In this document: positions 49,911 to 59,220 of the stretch, piece after piece
How positions within the stretch are numbered: position 1 is the first letter of the stretch
Layout of the letters: each line of letters starts with the position of its first letter
Source of the DNA: a bacterium
GTDB lineage: Bacteria; UBP15; UBA6099; JAJRTR01
Assembly (NCBI GenBank): GCA_024278215.1
Contig: JAJRTR010000111.1
Location: 1-64,000, forward strand
Reading direction: 5' to 3'
Length of the DNA: 64,000 bases
The notes under the pieces: generated by a model
Seen by the model: only the letters and a program-made list of their open reading frames with translations
The model's database searches: none
Told to the model about the DNA's origin: nothing
Program-made: the position numbers and the translations under genes

Positions 49911-51413
49911 ATGAAATGCCGGAAATGTGACCGCGAAGTTAAAGAAGGCGTGAAATTCTGTCCGGGATGCGGCAGTGAAATACCCTCGAAGCCGGAGAGC
50001 GCGCCGCCCCGGAAACGTCCGATAAAAAGGGCGACCGCACCGAAACCCAAAAGCGAATACCTTGAGAAAAAAAAGATCGAGCGGGCGAAAGCCGCCGCCA
50101 GGCAATTGTGGACGATTTTCATCATAGTCATAATCGGTGCCGTCGTTTTCTACTTCCTGATGATCGGGATAAACACCTACAGGATCGAGAAAGCTTTTAA
50201 AACCTGCGAACTCAACAGACGTACCGGAAACTATAGTGAAGGCATAGAGAGTTGCAAATATGTCGTAAGCAGAAAACCACGCCATAAAAAAGCATGGCTC
50301 GAACTCGCCCGCTGCCATCTGGGAACAGATACGATACTTCAGGACGAGGCGTACAAACGTGTGATAGAGGTAACGAAAGACGCGCTCGACTGGGTGAAAA
50401 CTTCCGATATCTACGCGATCCGAGGACAGGCGTTTTATTTCCTCGGGAATCTCGACAAGGCGTCGGAAGCCCTGGAAAAAGCGCTCGCCCTGGATTACGG
50501 CAACAGGCTCGCCCATCAGTATCTCGGCTACATTCTAAGCGAGCAGGACAAGCGGGAGGCGGCCATCAAGCACCTCGCAATCAGTCTGAAAGGCGCGTCG
50601 AGAGTCGAATCGATAGAGATAAACGAGGAGATCGGGGACCTCTACTACCGGTCCGCGCAATTCAAGGATGCCATTGATTACTATCTTGCTGTTCAGAAAG
50701 CTGATTACAACGAATTGAATGTTTGCATCAAGTTGTCAAAGGCTTATGTCGGCATAAAAGAGCTCGGAAAAGCTATCCAGGAAGCCTCGCGTTGCAGCCA
50801 GATCGCGCCCGAGAACAAGAACGCCGTCAGACTCAAACAGAAAATATCTTCATACAAGGACCGGCTCGACACAATTTTCTTCATTTCCAAAAGAAAATCG
50901 GTAGACGATTCGTTCGTCCTCATATACAGCGCTTTGCTGTCGCACATCGAAAAGATAAACGACGACCCTTCCGCTTTCGTCGGCCAGGAAGACCACGCTC
51001 TCGACGAGATGATCCGTGACGCAAAAGAATTGTACAACAACTACAGCACCCTCAAACCGCCTGCCGAGTATTACCATATTCATACATTCACACTTACTGC
51101 CTCCATGACTCTGATCGACACGATGAACTACCTTAAGAAGTACCTTGCGCGGGCCGAACCCGAGACGCTCCGGGGGCTTACACGTCAACTCGACAACCTC
51201 AACAAAACGTATGAAAAACTCGTGGAAATGTGGGATAACGAGTCAAGGCAGCTTAATATCGATGACATGATGGCCGAGGCTGAGAAAATCAGGAACGCCA
51301 CCGGCACGAAAGCCATTCCATTCCCCATAGATATAAAAATACCGAAAGCGGCGACCGGAACGGAAGCTATACCGGAAAATAAAACTGTCGAAGAAAACGA
51401 TAAAAAAGAGTGA
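49911..51413 (+). CDS. Zinc-ribbon + TM + TPR-repeat membrane protein
   Basis: CRKC..FCPGCG, one TM (LWTIFIIVIIGAVVFYFLMIGI), TPRs such as IYAIRGQAFYFLGNLDKASEALEKALALD, helical C-terminus. Confidence 0.85.
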   Translation: MKCRKCDREVKEGVKFCPGCGSEIPSKPESAPPRKRPIKRATAPKPKSEYLEKKKIERAKAAARQLWTIFIIVIIGAVVFYFLMIGINTYRIEKAFKTCELNRRTGNYSEGIESCKYVVSRKPRHKKAWLELARCHLGTDTILQDEAYKRVIEVTKDALDWVKTSDIYAIRGQAFYFLGNLDKASEALEKALALDYGNRLAHQYLGYILSEQDKREAAIKHLAISLKGASRVESIEINEEIGDLYYRSAQFKDAIDYYLAVQKADYNELNVCIKLSKAYVGIKELGKAIQEASRCSQIAPENKNAVRLKQKISSYKDRLDTIFFISKRKSVDDSFVLIYSALLSHIEKINDDPSAFVGQEDHALDEMIRDAKELYNNYSTLKPPAEYYHIHTFTLTASMTLIDTMNYLKKYLARAEPETLRGLTRQLDNLNKTYEKLVEMWDNESRQLNIDDMMAEAEKIRNATGTKAIPFPIDIKIPKAATGTEAIPENKTVEENDKKE

Positions 51414-51420
51414 GGCGATT

Positions 51421-51641
51421 GTAACCGTTCATGGGGGGCATTGGAAATAATGCGTTAAACACCTGGAGATTCATCGCTTCGCTCAGAATGACATACACAC
51501 GGATTTTGAGTTTAACGGTACTGTCAGAAAATCCTGGAATGCAAAAACATCAGTTTTTGCGAAATGCGACTTCTTCACAGTTGCAACGACATAGTCGTTG
51601 CATTCCAGAAATTTCAGATGTTCCATTGCGAACAGTTACCT
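51421..51641 (+). repeat. Composite repeat: GTAACCGTTC...GAACAGTTAC-bounded element containing a REP-like unit and family B copy 2
   Basis: Imperfect 10-bp terminal inverted repeats; 51466-51493 GAGATTCATCGCTTCGCTCAGAATGACA; 51516-51641 is the inverted copy of 36945-37069. Confidence 0.75.
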
Positions 51642-51693
51642 GTGAATGGAAACCACTTTTATATGGGGATGTATCCGTGAACGGTTCGACAGT

Positions 51694-52071
51694 TCAGCTT
51701 TTATCCGGGGCCGCCGCTTCATTCAGCGCGTCGTCTACCGTATCGAATATCTTGAAAACGCTGTAGAAATTCAGAAGCCTGAAGAGTTCTTTTATCGGTT
51801 GCGAAAGTCCCGTGATCACAACGTCGCATCCCTGTGATTTTACATATTTCTTTATCGCGACGAGAGTACCGAGGCTCACGCTGTCTATGAGTTCTACATT
51901 CGACAGGTCGAGAATAATGTTGCATGATTGCTTATCTATATGAAGCTTGACTTCCTGCAGGAATCTTTTTGAAGTCCTGAAAGTGATTTCGCTGAGCAGA
52001 ACACGTATTACGAGACAGTCCTTTTTACGTTCTATATCGAGTTTGATTTCATCAGTAGCGTTGTCCGGCAT
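51694..52071 (-). CDS. STAS-domain anti-sigma-factor antagonist
   Basis: IILDLSNVELIDSVSLGTLV, IFDTVDDAL. Confidence 0.9.
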   Translation of the reverse strand: MPDNATDEIKLDIERKKDCLVIRVLLSEITFRTSKRFLQEVKLHIDKQSCNIILDLSNVELIDSVSLGTLVAIKKYVKSQGCDVVITGLSQPIKELFRLLNFYSVFKIFDTVDDALNEAAAPDKS

Positions 52072-52112
52072 GTTGCTTCCCTTCTATTCACACTGCTGCG
52101 CTGGTGAAACTC

Positions 52113-52313
52113 TTACCAGTACATGTCGATAGTCATATATCGTTCCAGGCTGTCTGTGCGAGCAGTCCACGGGCCGTTGCTTGTGAGAGCGTCCCGCTCG
52201 ACATCGGCGGTTTCAAAGGCGACGGCCATCATCTGCGCCCATGTTTTAAGCTCATACATTGTGCCGGCAATGTATGCGGTCTGCACAGACATCGCTCCGA
52301 GACTATAAGCCAT
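52113..52313 (-). CDS. Small hypothetical protein (66 aa) between two STAS genes
   Basis: Overlaps the upstream STAS stop by 11 bp, has an AAGAGGGG RBS, and fills the gap between two co-directional genes. Confidence 0.55.
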   Translation of the reverse strand: MAYSLGAMSVQTAYIAGTMYELKTWAQMMAVAFETADVERDALTSNGPWTARTDSLERYMTIDMYW

Positions 52314-52668
52314 CTTCAGCCCCCTCTTTACTCATGTTTTCTATTGCCGCATCAATTGTATCATAAAGTTTCATTATCCGGTCCAGCCGCAGCACCCTGA
52401 AAAGTTCCTTCACCTTCTCGTCCGGTGCCACCAGCGTCATATCGCCGCCGAGCCGCCTCGTGTACAGCAGCAGCGGCACCAGCATCCCCAGGCTCAGGCT
52501 GTCCATAAACTTCACTTTCGACAGGTCCAGCACTATCAGGCTGTTCATGTCGCTGATCGAGCCTTTTATCTTGTTGAATACTTCTTCATAGTTGCTGAAT
52601 TGCACTACATCCACGAGTATCGTGATTATTCGAAACCCTTCCCTGTCCTGTACTCTTACATATATCAT
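52303..52668 (-). CDS. STAS-domain anti-sigma-factor antagonist
   Basis: IVLDLSKVKFMDSLSLGMLV, FRVLRLD, LYDTIDAAI. Likely start ATG 52668. Confidence 0.88.
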   Translation of the reverse strand: MIYVRVQDREGFRIITILVDVVQFSNYEEVFNKIKGSISDMNSLIVLDLSKVKFMDSLSLGMLVPLLLYTRRLGGDMTLVAPDEKVKELFRVLRLDRIMKLYDTIDAAIENMSKEGAEDGL

Positions 52669-52898
52669 TACATATCCTAATCCATGTGTTCGGTGCGAAA
52701 ACACGCAGGAACAATGAAACAGGCTCAAACGCGGCCTTTTATATTTCTTCGGCACAAACGCGGTCCGACTTTAGCTTTTTTCATGTTTTCCGGCATGTTC
52801 TGTTTTTACAGGTACTATACAATTGCCCCGGCTGTATCCGTTTCTTTACCTTTTCATTTTAATGTATAATAATTCGGAAAGATGCGTAAAAAAGAAAA

Positions 52899-53207
52899 AT
52901 GCCGGACAAGAGGGAAATGGGACTCGAGAATTCTTTCCATATTAAATGCCTGGTCGTGAAAAAAGAGCGCGAATACCACGGTCGTGTCGAGGCGATTCTG
53001 CAAAATATTTCCGGCGTCGCAGTGCCTCCCGCCGTCCTGCTCCTGAATTTCTATGATCCCCAGGGTAGAATCCGCGACAGGGTGAATATCGCCCTGAAAG
53101 AGTTCCGTGCCGGGGAAGAAAGAACTGTCTCTGTGCTTTTCAGACTGAAAAACGATGAGTTTTTTGCATATAAGGCCACAATCCAGGCGGTCGGTGGGCC
53201 GCGGTAA
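52899..53207 (+). CDS. Small FxLYD-like (Ig-fold) protein
   Basis: GRVEAILQNISG, LNFYDPQG, FRAGEERTVSV resemble the FxLYD pattern. Confidence 0.55.
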   Translation: MPDKREMGLENSFHIKCLVVKKEREYHGRVEAILQNISGVAVPPAVLLLNFYDPQGRIRDRVNIALKEFRAGEERTVSVLFRLKNDEFFAYKATIQAVGGPR

Positions 53208-53287
53208 TCCGGCCTGGCAAACCGGCCCCGCGGCGGCGGAACAACTGAAGGCCGAAATCGTTATATAAACACCGGAGGTTTTGTGCA

Positions 53288-54577
53288 GTGAAGGAGAATA
53301 TAGTAAATCTCGGACTTTTTGGGTTCGGTACTATCGGCGCGGGCGTTGTGCGGCTGCTCGATGCCAACGCCGATGTGATAGAGGAGAAAACCGGCTCGAA
53401 ACTCGCGCTGAAAAAAATCGTCGACATCGACACGGAAACCGACCGGGGCGTCGAATTGCCCGAAGGCGTTCTTTCGGCGGACGCGGCGGACATTATCGAC
53501 AACGACGATATTGGCATTGTGATAGAACTGATCGGCGGCGCGGGAGTCGCCCGGGAAATAGTTGCAAACGCGCTCCAAAAAGGCAAACATGTCGTGACTG
53601 CCAACAAAGAGCTTATCGCGAAACATGGACCGGAACTTGTGCGGCTTGCCGGGCAGAACGGTGTGCGCATCCTTTTCGAGGCCAGCGTGGGAGGCGGGAT
53701 ACCCGTGCTCACTCCGCTGCTCGGTTGTCTCCGCGGCAACCGCATCAACAGGGTGCTCGGCATCGTTAACGGAACCACCAATTATATACTTACGCAGATG
53801 GAAGCGACCGGCGCTGATTTCGATGTAATACTTAAGGAAGCGCAGGAACTCGGCTACGCGGAGGCTGATCCCACAAACGATATCGAGGGTTTCGACGCCG
53901 CGTATAAAGCCGTTATTCTCGCCTCGGCGGCTTTCGGCAAGAAGGTCGATGTCTCCTCGATCATGCGTGAAGGCATAACGAAAGTCGGCATGGCGGATAT
54001 GGAATATGCCCGCGAGCTGGGCTACACGATAAAGCTGCTCGCCGTGCTCGAGGACAACGGTGCCGCCGTGGACGTGCGAGTGCATCCATGCCTCCTGCCG
54101 TGCTCGCATCCGCTTGCTTCGATTAATGGTGTGCTGAACGCGGTGTATCTCGAAGGCGACCCCATCGGGCCGCTGATGTTTGTGGGGCAGGGCGCCGGTC
54201 CGTCCGCGACGAGCAGCGCCGTCATAGGCGATGTCCTCGAACTGCTGACATCCGGCACATCCGCCGCGGGCGGCACTGCGTGGAACATATTCGCCGACTC
54301 CGAACTTGCGCCGGTCACCAGCGTTTCAAACGCTTTTTATATGCGGCTCACCGTCTCGGATATGCCCGGCGTGCTCGCGGATGTGGGCGGTTGTCTTGGC
54401 AGACTCGATGTGAGCCTGGCTTCTGTGGTGCAGAAAAAGACCGACGGCAAAAGCGCCGAACTCGTAATGCTCACGCACTCTGTGAACGAAGGCAATATGG
54501 CGAAGGCGCTCGAGCAGCTTAAAGACCTTAAATGCGTGGAGACAATATCGACCGCCCTCAGGGTGTTCGATTCCTGA
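53288..54577 (+). CDS. hom: Homoserine dehydrogenase with C-terminal ACT domain
   Basis: GFGTIG, VVTANK, FEASVGGGIP, GIVNGTTNYIL, GYAEADP, GQGAG; ACT SDMPGVLA. Confidence 0.96.
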   Translation: MKENIVNLGLFGFGTIGAGVVRLLDANADVIEEKTGSKLALKKIVDIDTETDRGVELPEGVLSADAADIIDNDDIGIVIELIGGAGVAREIVANALQKGKHVVTANKELIAKHGPELVRLAGQNGVRILFEASVGGGIPVLTPLLGCLRGNRINRVLGIVNGTTNYILTQMEATGADFDVILKEAQELGYAEADPTNDIEGFDAAYKAVILASAAFGKKVDVSSIMREGITKVGMADMEYARELGYTIKLLAVLEDNGAAVDVRVHPCLLPCSHPLASINGVLNAVYLEGDPIGPLMFVGQGAGPSATSSAVIGDVLELLTSGTSAAGGTAWNIFADSELAPVTSVSNAFYMRLTVSDMPGVLADVGGCLGRLDVSLASVVQKKTDGKSAELVMLTHSVNEGNMAKALEQLKDLKCVETISTALRVFDS

Positions 54578-54605
54578 AACAACACACCTGAACGGAATCC
54601 TGGAT

Positions 54606-55805
54606 ATGAAGAAAGTCCTTGTAATAATAGGCGATGGAATGGCGGACGAACCTGTGGCGGCTCTCGGTGGGAAAACCCCGATGGAAGTGGCCGAAACTCC
54701 GGTTATGGACGACCTCGCCCGCAGGGGCACTGTCGGCCTCACCAACAATGTGCCTGACGGAATGGAGCCGGGCAGCGATGTCGCTATCATGTCGATTCTC
54801 GGGTACGACCCGGCTGCTTATTACACGGGGCGCGGCCCTCTCGAAGCGGTCAGCATGGGTGTCGAAATCGACGCGGAAGAAACGGCTTTCCGCTGTAATC
54901 TCATTTCTCTTGACGGCGGCAAACTCCTCGATTACAGCGCGGGGCACATCACTACTGAAGAATCCGGGGAAATTATCGAAACACTCAAGCAACAACTCGA
55001 CAGTGATTCCTTTCAGTTTCATCACGGTGTGAGTTTCAGGAACCTGCTTGTCGGACGCGGCGATTTCTCGCGTGTGTCGACCAGTGCGCCCCACGACCAC
55101 ATGGACGAACGCTGGGCGGACTTCCTTCCCTGCGGCGGTGGTTCGGACAATCTGCGGGAGATAATGAGCAGGTCGAGGGCGATTCTGGCGGATCATCCAG
55201 TGAATAAAGCACGCCGTGAAAAGGGCAAAAGGTCCGCGAACTCGATATGGCCGTGGAGCGGCGGCGGCCTGCCGTAAATCACGCCGTTCAAAGAGAAATA
55301 CGGGCTCGGTGGCGGTGTTGTGTCGGCAGTCGATCTTGTACAGGGACTCGGCACTGTCGCCGGTCTGGACGCTGTCTCCGTCGAGGGCGCCACCGGGCTT
55401 GTGGACACAAATTACGAGGGGAAAGTCAGCGCGACGCTCGATATTCTCGAAAAAAATGATTTCGCGCTGATCCACCTCGAAGGGCCCGACGAAGCGGGCC
55501 ATATCGGTGATCCCGACCTGAAGATTGAAGGCATAAGGCGTCTGGACAGCCTTGTCGTCGCTCCGCTTGTGGAAGCGATAATGAAGTATCCCGAATATGT
55601 GTTGTTTATTCTCCCCGACCACCCCACGCCCCTGCGGTTGCGGACTCATACGACGAACCCGGTTCCATTTATCGCGCTTGCCGCAGGTGTGAGCCTGCCG
55701 GAAACACGCGCTGCCGCTTATTGCGAAAAGGAAGCTGCCGCGACGGGTATTTCCATACACGATGGGCACACGCTCCTCGGCAGGTTGCTCGGCGGCTGGC
55801 TGTAG
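54606..55805 (+). pseudogene. apgM: Cofactor-independent phosphoglycerate mutase (ApgM type) interrupted by an in-frame TAA
   Basis: Track ORFs 54606-55277 and 55320-55805 are in the same frame. Reading through TAA 55275-55277 gives WPWSGGGLP*ITPFKEKYGLGGGVVSAVDL. Motifs GDGMAD, PGSDVA, PDEAGH, PDHPTP, HTTNPVP are all present. Confidence 0.85.
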
Positions 55806-55850
55806 CGTGGGTTTGGCGTTACATGTCCATATAAATCAGAATCAACCGAA

Positions 55851-57287
55851 ATGAACAATATAACAAGCACAGTGTTGCAACGAATACGCGAGGTCTGCGT
55901 GCGCTTCGAGCTGTTTGAGCGCGGCGAGTGTGTTGTGGCGGCCGTGTCGGGCGGTGCGGACTCGATATGTATGCTGCACGCGCTGGACGTGCTTAAAAAC
56001 GAGTTCGCGGGCGACATTATTGTCGCACATCTCAACCATGGCCTGCGCGGGCCTGCCGCCGATGCCGACGCGGAATTCACAAAGTGCAAAGCGCTGGAGA
56101 TGGGCCTCGATTACAGGATCGGGCGAATAGGCGTCGATGTGAAGATGCCGGACGGGGCGGTCGCGACCGAGGCGGCGCTCAGGTCGGCGCGTTATGAGTT
56201 TCTCAACAGGGTTGCACTCGAGACGAACGCTGCACGCATCGCCACGGCACATACGCTCGACGACCAGGCGGAAACTGTGCTTATGCGTTTTCTCAAAGGT
56301 GCGACTGTTACCGGCCTCGCCGGCATAAGGCCTGTGAATGGAAATATTGTCCGACCACTACTGTACGTTGCGAGAAATGAAGTCGAGGCATACTGCGCCG
56401 ACAATAAACTCGAATTTCGGACGGATGAAACAAATTGGGACGAGAAATATCTGCGCAACAGGATTCGACACAGGCTTATACCGGCGCTTGAAAAGGAATA
56501 CAACCCACAACTGCGCGGAACACTTGCGAAAATGGCCGCGAACTTCCGCAGAGACTGCGAATATCTTGACGGTGCGGCGGAGAAGATTTATTCCGATGCC
56601 GTGCTGAAGAAAACGGAAGGTGAGATCGAACTCGATACAGGCAAACTGCGCCGATTGCACAGCGCCGTATTGTCCCGTGTTATCCTTATAGCCTTGTACG
56701 ATCTGAGCGACGCCGTGGGCGGCGGAAGGCTCGAAAGCGTGCATGTCGATGAAATCTGTGAAATGATCGGCAGGAGCGACGCGGGTATTTCCGCCACACT
56801 GCCGGGTGGGATAACCGTAACGAAAAGATACCGCGAACTCGTGTTTTCGATGTCCGGCGGGAAACCACCGCCGATAAAAGGAGAATTCGTTATACCCTTG
56901 AAGGATGGCCGCTGCATGATTCCCGAAGCCGGGCTGAACCTTGATATTTGCACACTGCCTTTTTCTGTGGAAATGATGTCGAACGGCGACAGGATGACCG
57001 AATACTTCGACGCCGAACGCATCGGGGGCCGCGACCTTGCAATAAGATTTCCTCGCGAAGGCGACCGTTTCCGACCGCTTGGGATGGATCATGCGAAAAA
57101 ATTGTCGGATTTTTTTGTGGATGAAAAAGTCGACAGGAACCGGCGCGGGCAAGTGCCGCTACTGGTGTGCGGGGGCGATATTATGTGGATAATCGGTCGG
57201 CGCATCGACCAGAGATTCCGGCTCGAGCCGGGCAGGACAAAAGCTGTTTTGAAAGTGAGCGTAACAGCAAACCGGGAACTTCACTGA
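55851..57287 (+). CDS. tilS: tRNA(Ile)-lysidine synthetase
   Basis: AVSGGADS, HLNHGLRG, RSARY, TAHTLDDQAET, RPLL, DETN, RNRIR; C-terminal KKLSDFF. Confidence 0.96.
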   Translation: MNNITSTVLQRIREVCVRFELFERGECVVAAVSGGADSICMLHALDVLKNEFAGDIIVAHLNHGLRGPAADADAEFTKCKALEMGLDYRIGRIGVDVKMPDGAVATEAALRSARYEFLNRVALETNAARIATAHTLDDQAETVLMRFLKGATVTGLAGIRPVNGNIVRPLLYVARNEVEAYCADNKLEFRTDETNWDEKYLRNRIRHRLIPALEKEYNPQLRGTLAKMAANFRRDCEYLDGAAEKIYSDAVLKKTEGEIELDTGKLRRLHSAVLSRVILIALYDLSDAVGGGRLESVHVDEICEMIGRSDAGISATLPGGITVTKRYRELVFSMSGGKPPPIKGEFVIPLKDGRCMIPEAGLNLDICTLPFSVEMMSNGDRMTEYFDAERIGGRDLAIRFPREGDRFRPLGMDHAKKLSDFFVDEKVDRNRRGQVPLLVCGGDIMWIIGRRIDQRFRLEPGRTKAVLKVSVTANRELH

Positions 57288-57334
57288 AATGCAACAAAAA
57301 AATGATAAGTGATGGATATTATAATGGTAGCAGT

Positions 57335-57383
57335 GGGCAGATTGCAAAATTCCGGTTCCTTCGCGGTCGGTTGCGATCGGTTC
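57335..57383 (+). repeat. Degenerate copy of the 49-bp family A element
   Basis: GGGCAGATTGCAAAATTCCGGTTCCTTCGCGGTCGGTTGCGATCGGTTC aligns without gaps to the reverse complement of 25096-25144. Confidence 0.7.
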
Positions 57384-57564
57384 GGTAGTGCGGAAAATAA
57401 TTGTTTTGAACCCGAATTTCAGTCTGAAAAAAATCCGCATGATTGTTGTAAGTGTGCAGTTTCGGGTATAATCCGAATAATAAAGCAAATATCAGCACAA
57501 AAATGATGGGGGGATTCATGTAATCCCGGAGTTAACAAATTAAAGATTGTAATCGGAGGTTCGC

Positions 57565-59181
57565 GTGTCTGACTTAAGCGCTGAAAACTTTCTGCTTCAA
57601 AGAAAAAACGATCTTCTTAAACAGCTTATATCGGTGATGAATACAACACCGAAGCTGGACAACATCCTGAAGTATATACTCGATCTTATCAACATGGTGA
57701 CAACCGCCGAATCGAGTATCATGCTGACGAAGGAAGTGCTCGAGGGAGAGAACCTGACGGTGCGTGTGTTGTCGGGACTGAAGAAGACGCTCGTCGGCAA
57801 TGAGTGGCCTATGGCGAAGGGGATTTTGTCCGAGGTATACTGCTCGGGCGCTGAGAGGATCGTAAACTCGCCTTCCTCGGACCCCGGTTATTCGCCTGAC
57901 TTCGGGCCATTCTGCAATGTTGAAATAAGGAATATGATAGCAGTTCCGATGAATGCCGAGGGCAAGCTTATAGGTGTAATCGGGGTGCTGAACAAGAAAG
58001 ACGGGCTGAGCTTCACCGACGAAGATATGGAGTTGGCGCTGATAATGGCTGAGCAGGCGGCGAGTCTGGCGGGCGAAGCCGCCGCGCTCAGATCGACGGA
58101 GGCGAAGGTCAAACGCTTCAACACACTGCTCCAGGTGTCCAGGGAAATCACGCAGATCAACGACCTGCACGAACTGTTGCAGGTTATCATGGAAGCCGCG
58201 AAAAAGGTAATGCGCGCCGATGCCAGTTCCCTGTTTCTGCTGGACAGGAAAGCGAACGAACTGTACATCGAGACCGCCCAGGGCGAAGCCGGCGAGAAGA
58301 TAAAGACAATCAGGCTTCCTCTCGGTGTGGGCATCGCGGGGTGGGTAGCCCAGAAAGGGAAACCCCAACTTGTCAAGGACGCTTATGAGGACAGCCGCTT
58401 CAATTCCGACTATGACAAGAAAACCGGATACAGGACCAAATCCATCGTATGCGTCCCGCTTGAATATAAAAGGCAGACGACGGGCGTTATCCAGATTATC
58501 AACGCTCTCGATAAAGAATACTTCGAAGATGACGATGTCGATTACATGGTGGCGCTGGCGGGCCAGGCGGCTGTCGCTATCGAGAATGCCAGACTTCTGC
58601 AATCAAACAAAGAATTGTTCCTTAATGTCGTAATGGCGCTTGTTAAAGTTATCGACTCGCGCCACAAGTTCTTTATCGGCCATTCTGTGAGAGTGTCGAC
58701 ATATTCCGTAGCAATCGCGCGCGAACTGGGACTACCACCGGGCGAGATCGAAAAGATACAAATATCCGGCTTCCTCCACGACATCGGCAGGTTGCAGATT
58801 CCCGATGGCATAATCACCAAACCGGGTAAACTGGCCGAGCCGGAAATGAAAGCTATCAGGATGCAGCCGCTGTTCGGCGCGAAGATTCTGCAGGGCATAA
58901 AGATGCTCGACTACGCCGTGCCCGCGATCCTCTACCACATGGAATACTACAACGGGAAAGGATACCCGAAAGGCTTGAAGGGCGAGCAGATTCCGCTTAT
59001 CAGCAAGATACTCGGCATCAGCAACGCATTCGACGCCATGTGCTCGCCGAGACCCTACAGGAAACCGATGGACCCGAAATCGGCACGGGGCAAGGTTAAC
59101 ACGCTGGCAGGAAGCCAGTTCGACCCGCTTGTCGTCAAAGCGTTTACGAAAGCTTTCGACACCGGAAAGATCAAACGATGA
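57565..59181 (+). CDS. GAF-GAF-HD-GYP protein (probably catalytically degenerate)
   Basis: Two GAF domains (GVIGVLNKK..FTDED; GIAGWVA..DAYEDSRFN..DKKTGYRTKS); HSVRV, LHDIG, GKGYP, RPYR. Confidence 0.9.
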   Translation: MSDLSAENFLLQRKNDLLKQLISVMNTTPKLDNILKYILDLINMVTTAESSIMLTKEVLEGENLTVRVLSGLKKTLVGNEWPMAKGILSEVYCSGAERIVNSPSSDPGYSPDFGPFCNVEIRNMIAVPMNAEGKLIGVIGVLNKKDGLSFTDEDMELALIMAEQAASLAGEAAALRSTEAKVKRFNTLLQVSREITQINDLHELLQVIMEAAKKVMRADASSLFLLDRKANELYIETAQGEAGEKIKTIRLPLGVGIAGWVAQKGKPQLVKDAYEDSRFNSDYDKKTGYRTKSIVCVPLEYKRQTTGVIQIINALDKEYFEDDDVDYMVALAGQAAVAIENARLLQSNKELFLNVVMALVKVIDSRHKFFIGHSVRVSTYSVAIARELGLPPGEIEKIQISGFLHDIGRLQIPDGIITKPGKLAEPEMKAIRMQPLFGAKILQGIKMLDYAVPAILYHMEYYNGKGYPKGLKGEQIPLISKILGISNAFDAMCSPRPYRKPMDPKSARGKVNTLAGSQFDPLVVKAFTKAFDTGKIKR

Positions 59182-59220
59182 CGCCGCGCCGGTACTCCGA
59201 AATCTGTTCGAGACAATAGA

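Noticed and set aside
55275-55277. Stop-codon recoding in apgM
   Set aside because: TAA is not a Sec/Pyl codon and ends many other genes in this window; mutation or sequencing error is simpler.
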